Positions 58,050-64,000 of a DNA stretch of 64,000 bases are shown here, piece after piece. Origin of the DNA: the human T2T-CHM13v2.0 reference genome, Homo sapiens. The stretch's first letter is position 1. Each line of letters opens with the position of its first letter. The stretch is taken from the NCBI RefSeq assembly GCF_009914755.1, contig NC_060938.1. One strand, written 5' to 3'. Under the pieces are notes generated by a model. That model did no database searches. It worked only from the letters and a program-made list of their open reading frames with translations, and had not been told where the DNA came from. A program made the translations under genes and the position numbers.

Positions 58050-59540
58050 TAGAGATTCTAAATGAGCCCCTAACTGCCTTCAATCGCTACAAATTCATCT
58101 CATGGCACTAAAGGAATTTTCAGCTGGGACTTTGGAATCACTCTTGGAAAACTTTGGAAAATCCAGGAAAGAGGAGAGATGAGCCAATTTCTTGATATTT
58201 TGCAACAAATGGATGCCTAAAATTAGACGTGTTCTGTGATGGGAACTACCAAATGGATGAATTGACAGCTCTTGAGAAGACAGTAGTCATTAGATGCTAG
58301 CCAGGATGCCAGGCTAACCTCATTTCCTTTTTTAAAAAAAATGATTACTGAACCTAGAGTAGAAAAATTCCCAGGGCATAGTGTATCTCAGTTTATGCAA
58401 GTCACCTGAGAAGTGATAAATTATATTATGGTTGTGGGCATTTTGTGGATACATGTATTGTATGGTGAGGGATTTATGGGTTTTGGAGCAAATGATCTCC
58501 CAGAGATAAATTAATCGAATAGAAGTCTGGTCTTTAAAGAGATGCTGCTTTAATATGGTTCTGTTCAACAGTTAATCAGAGTCCCATTTATTCATGTTTT
58601 ACAAGTCAGAAAATTAAAGAGGACTGGTCATTGATGGTGTGGGGGTTAAGGGTGGTCTAAACTTAAAGCCTGGCCCTGTCATTAGCTGAGTGACCGTGAG
58701 CAAATTACTGAACATCTCTGTGCCTTAGTTTTCTCATTTATGAAATATTCCCTAAATGGTAGCTAGTGCTTATTTAGAATTTACTGCACTAAGTGTTTTA
58801 TACGTGAAAAAAACTAAGCCTTAGAGAGATTAAATAGCATCAAGTGGACAGAAATAGATTTCACTAGGATTAATAATGGGCAAAGAAAATGAAATCTAGG
58901 AGCAATACATGTAAAGTTCATAACATTTGTACTTTTATTAAATCATTTCCATAAAATTGATCTAAATGTTTTAGTTGACTGTGAGATGAATATGATTCAT
59001 TGTCATGTCGTGGCTTTAAAAATTAGAAACAGAAAAAACAGCAAACAAAAAAAAAGAAACTGGTCCCATTACTCTTGAATAATTTGGCCACATCTAGAAT
59101 ATGTATCTTTTTCTTTTTCTCCAGCAATTTGTTAAGAGGGACAGATTGTGGAGGTGGACACAAAGGCACAAACGGACTAGCTGGAAGAACTAGAGTTAAT
59201 AAGTTTGGAAAAGTGGAAACTTTGAAGGAAGCACGAATGCTGTCTTAAAACATTTGAAGGGTGTCATTTGGAAGAGGGATCGATTTATCTTGTGATGCTC
59301 CAGTGGCAGAATGGGCTCCAGGGGTAGAAGTGATGGGAAGTCCAATTTGACCTTTACATTTTTGCTGACCTTCAGAACCATTTAAAGTGGGATGGTCTTT
59401 TCAGGATGATAAACATCATCTTCTCCAAGTCATGGCAGAGGCAGGACTTTCTGAGAGATACAATAGAGGAAATTCCCAAGTTGGATGGGGGTAAATGAAC
59501 TCTCATTTCTCTTCTAAATCTAAAAATTTATCATTCTGTG
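58050..59540 (+). mobile_element. L3/CR1 LINE remnant (RT region to 3' end) with inserted MIR pieces at about 58650-58850
   Basis: ATGCCAGGCTAACCTCATTTCCTTTTTT...CATAGTGTATCT (CR1 RT region); CTGTCTTAAAACATTTGAAGGG.GTCAT.TGGAAGAGGGA; ATTCTGTGA terminus. Confidence 0.7.
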
Positions 59541-60179
59541 AGAGACTGAATCTTTGAAAAGAATGCATTTTCTAATGATGAGTGTTACTGGTTAAAGGCA
59601 CCTACTCTTCTTTAACTTTATGAATTTACTTGAATTTTTTAGAACATAAACAAGTTGAAAGTATAAGAAATATATTTTTCATTTTCAAAAATGATGACTA
59701 TTTCAGTGTTATTGGGAAAACCATAATTTTAGTTAGTAAAATTTAAAGCACTGAATTCATTAGGTTACAAGAAAGGCAATTTCTTCTTCACAATTAATTG
59801 TAAGACATTTCTTCCCTTATTGAAGGGAAATCATCGTGTTTAAAGAGCATTTATGTTGAGTTAAGAAGGTGACATTTCTTTGACGTTTGTATGCACATAA
59901 AGGTAACTTGTAGAGAGATCTAAGAACACAGGGAGTGCAAATTTATAAAAAAAAAAACCTTTCACATGAAAAGCTACTTGATATGTATCAAATATACTCT
60001 TGGACTTCATAAGGTTATTCATTTTAGAACTTGGGTTTTCTTTCTTTCTTTTTAATCTCTTAAGATTACTGGCTACAGTATTATCTTGCCCAGATTCATA
60101 ACATTCTGTTAGAATTTTGCTGAATAAAAATGAGTATGATTTTAGTAAGGAAGTGTGTTTGATTCGTACCTCGCCTCCC

Positions 60180-60760
60180 CACCCAGGTGTCAGGCCAGCC
60201 CAAGCTGTTTAGCACAATGAAAGTTCTTGTTTGACCATAACTGCACATCTCACTCCACAGGCAATCAGCATTTTAATTAGTGATTCAAAGGAAAGTCATT
60301 GTCCTCTAGTTGCTTTATCATAATTGCCAAATAATTTTCCATTGAATAAATAAATAATGTAAAGGAGAAACCTCCCCTCATAATGCTGTCATTAAGGCTT
60401 CATTTTTTTACCCGCTCATTTGTATTTGTATTAACACACAGCCCACTTGAAAGGGAGTAATTATAATGGCTTTCTGACAGTAGCCTATGGCTTTAAAAAA
60501 AACCGGGGATGGTTTCCTTTTCTATCACCACTTTGCACTGCATGGCTTATTTTAAGGTTTAGATAAAGGAAGCTCTTGGTGGCTGGTGTCTCTTCAAAGG
60601 TGTGTGAAAGTGAATGATTGATTTGCTGTGTGCATCATTGGAACTAGGTAACTTGCATTATGACTCTGATGTACTGTGTAATTGATGCAAGTCCTTTCAT
60701 AGCATTCTGAGATTGAAATCAATATTCGTTTGGAGTGCAACAACTGTAATAAACTACACT
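60180..60760. promoter_or_regulatory. Candidate conserved developmental enhancer
   Basis: Repeat-free block dense in SOX, homeodomain, TCF/LEF, MEIS, PBX and T-box motifs; conservation not verifiable here. Confidence 0.4.
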
Positions 60761-61284
60761 CCTTTTGTAAGCAGTGGTCTAAGGCTTTGTAAAGGATCAG
60801 TTAGAAGGGACAGATTAACATTTTGGTCGGGCCGGGATCTATTTGAATAGATATGGAGAATGCCTTCTAAACAACCCCATTTAAAATAGCTGGTTTCATG
60901 AAATTAACTTTTTGATTTTGCCATATAGAAACTTCTTTTGCTTTGCCTTTATATGAGTCTCTTTTCCATCCGATTACAAACCTGGGCCCAATGGAGAAGA
61001 ACAATAATTATTTTCATGAATAAGTTGATTTTCATGAAAACCACCACAAATATTTATATACCTTGACAGAAATGTCTTGTCAGTATTATATTTTTCAAAA
61101 TATTGATGATTGGCAATTGGAATTTGCATTCTTTATTTAAAAATGGGTATGTCTTGACAATATCTAGTACAGAGTAAAACTTCAGATACCAAAGAGATGC
61201 CTTCTGAAGAACAAAGAAATCAGTATCAATTAATTCTTACAACCAGATAGTGTATTTATCATCATAAATATTCCCATACGAGAA

Positions 61285-61535
61285 CTGGCAGTGTAGAGGC
61301 CAAGAGGGCTGGTTCTGGGGTCAGACAAATCTGAGTTCAAATCCTGGCTCCACTGCTAGCCAGCTGTATCACCATGGAAAAGTGATGTAAACTTTAGCCC
61401 CAGTTTACTCATCTGCAAAATGCAAATGTTAACGGTAAGTACCCAGAGTAATGCAGGGAAAATCCAGTGAAATAATTAGCATGAAAACATTGAACACATT
61501 GCTTGGCACATTTTAAGCACTCGATAAATGGTGGT
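61285..61535 (+). mobile_element. MIR
   Basis: GTCAGACAAATCTGAGTTCAAATCCTGGCTCCAC...CAGTTTACTCATCTGCAAAATG. Confidence 0.85.
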
Positions 61536-61740
61536 GAATCATAAAGACAATATGTCATGCCCATTTTTTGGATCAGAGTTCCTTTCTCTCCACCCCATTT
61601 CTACAGCCCTCAAAGTGCCTCTCAGAATCTCATTGCTTGGACAGCAAGGATCTCAGTGGCTATTTTGCTTCCCAGCTCGCCTGCTTCTGCCACACCAATC
61701 TTTAAAAAATATTGGTCTGCCTAAAGCTGTTCATCAGTGA

Positions 61741-62073
<333 letters not shown>

Positions 62074-62210
62074 AGGTCCGACATTTTTATGTTCAACTCT
62101 ATTCTTTTGTACCCACTGCCTCCAATTTGTTGATAAGTGGCTTGAAGGGTTATCGTGAGAAGTAGAGGATGTTGCTTATGGAAAGTGCCTTGCAGAGGGC
62201 CTGGTACTGG

Positions 62211-62243
62211 ATCATCATCATAATCATCATCAGCAGCAGCAGC
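62211..62243. repeat. Short (ATC)n(AGC)4 trinucleotide tract between MIR pieces
   Basis: Read directly from the sequence. Confidence 0.8.
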
Positions 62244-62869
62244 GTGAAAATCAAAGCCAGTGCTTCAATGCGTACAAAGATTAGGCAATGTTCTAGGTGT
62301 TTTCCCTGAATTAAGAACTATTATCCCCATTTTACAGAAGAGGAAATTGAGACACAGAGGGCAGTTGGTACATAGAAGTTGTTCAGTAAGTGGGAGTTAT
62401 TTTTACTATTACCTTCACCTGAGTCCCTGAGTAGTTTCCTTGTTTTCTCCAAATGTGTATATTTCTTGCACATTAGGAGTCACAAATTATGGCCCAAGGG
62501 TCAAAACCAGCCTACAGACACATTTGGTTTGGGCTGTACATGGTTTTAGTAACCAGAGATTTTCACATAAAAATGCCCTTCACATGTGTGCACCCACCCC
62601 CTTGCCCCTCTAAACTTCCTAAATCCCACCTATTTTTCAAAGCAAAGATCAAGTGCCTTCCCACTGAAGTCATCCCTAATTATTTGCACCCTAATATTCC
62701 TTTCTCTTCTGAGCCCCTCAGCACTTTTGGTCTTTTTATATATTTAATTTAACATTAACTTAGGTAATAAATAAAATATTTTGTGTTGTCGACTGTAACA
62801 TGCTTTCACCAATTAGGTTCTCATAGCAAGGGCCAATATAATAATTGCAGGAGTGGTAATAGAACAATA

Positions 62870-63070
62870 ACTGTTACCATTGATGACAAACACGTATTTT
62901 ATACATGTAAAGGCTATCCCATAAAACTACATGTCAAGGTAGGTATTATCATCCCCATTGCACTGATGAGGAAACTAAATGGAGACTTGCAGAGGTTAGG
63001 TGGTGTGGCTGAAGTCGCAGGCTGGACATTCCAACCTGCATCTGTCAGATCCCAAACCCTGTACTTTTCC
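62870..63070 (-). mobile_element. MIR
   Basis: AGGTAGGTATTATCATCCCCATT..ACTGATGAGGAAACT. Confidence 0.75.
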
Positions 63071-63392
63071 CACCTTATTCACCAGGCTGCATCTCTGTAG
63101 CCTCCTGCTCACCTACTGCATGTTGAACCATGTCAGAGGAATCGTGATTGGCCTTTAAAAGGTATATTTACCTTTGTTTACAAAATAGAAGGCATAAACT
63201 TTCTGTCAATGGGAAAATAATGAAGACAGAGATTACGAGTCAATATGAAATAACTTGAAAAATACATTGGAGCATATGCCTTGATTTTTGAAGAAAAAGT
63301 CTATATAAGCTGCTTAAATATTACCCTGCAGGGCATTTCCATTAAAGTTGTTAGAAATTATACATTCTTGGAGTTTAAAAAATATTACTTTT

Positions 63393-63724
<332 letters not shown>

Positions 63725-64000
63725 TCATTGTTTATTTAGTGCCTGTTTAAAAACTTTACAATGCTCTCCTTCCCCTAATTCATTGTAAATATTTAAAAGG
63801 ATAAATAATATATTTTACTATTATTAACATTCATCAAAATCATGACAGCTTTTTATTTGCCAGTGTCATGTTTGTAAGTTTTTGTTCTGTGGTTGCTTTA
63901 CAGTGAGTTGCTGTGCTTTAGTCAAAAGTTGAGGCATGTGACTTTGCCTTTCTGAGTGCAGACAGAATCTACTCCCCTTAAATTTTTAATCTAAAACTGT

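Overview
Repeat-rich, AT-rich non-coding primate DNA, almost certainly human: it carries an AluYb8/Yb9-type element, a human-lineage subfamily. It looks like the interior of a large intron or a gene desert. I recognise no protein-coding exon, RNA gene, CpG-island promoter or CRISPR-like array, and I cannot name the host gene. The supplied ORFs are either transposon-derived or have no recognisable protein signature. The window holds about 22 Alus (J, S and Y types), a 3.4-kb L1MA, L1PA/L1MB/L1ME fragments, a full-length THE1 provirus, several solo MaLR LTRs, Tigger2a, Tigger3b, MER6, MER5/MER30/MER58/MER94 hAT elements, many MIR and L2 pieces, an L3/CR1 fragment and a probable AmnSINE1. Between them are repeat-free blocks rich in homeodomain, SOX, TCF and MEIS motifs that resemble developmental enhancers. 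I found no evidence of a new multi-gene system. The best leads concern genome dynamics: a 5'-truncated AluYb9-like insertion, an AluY left monomer with TSDs in a four-layer L2>L1MB>THE1>Alu nest, an inverted Alu fragment apparently copied from its neighbour, an AluY with no CpG decay but clustered transversions, and a possibly exapted AmnSINE1. Repeat subfamily names come from remembered consensus sequences, not a database search. Boundaries of old repeats are approximate.
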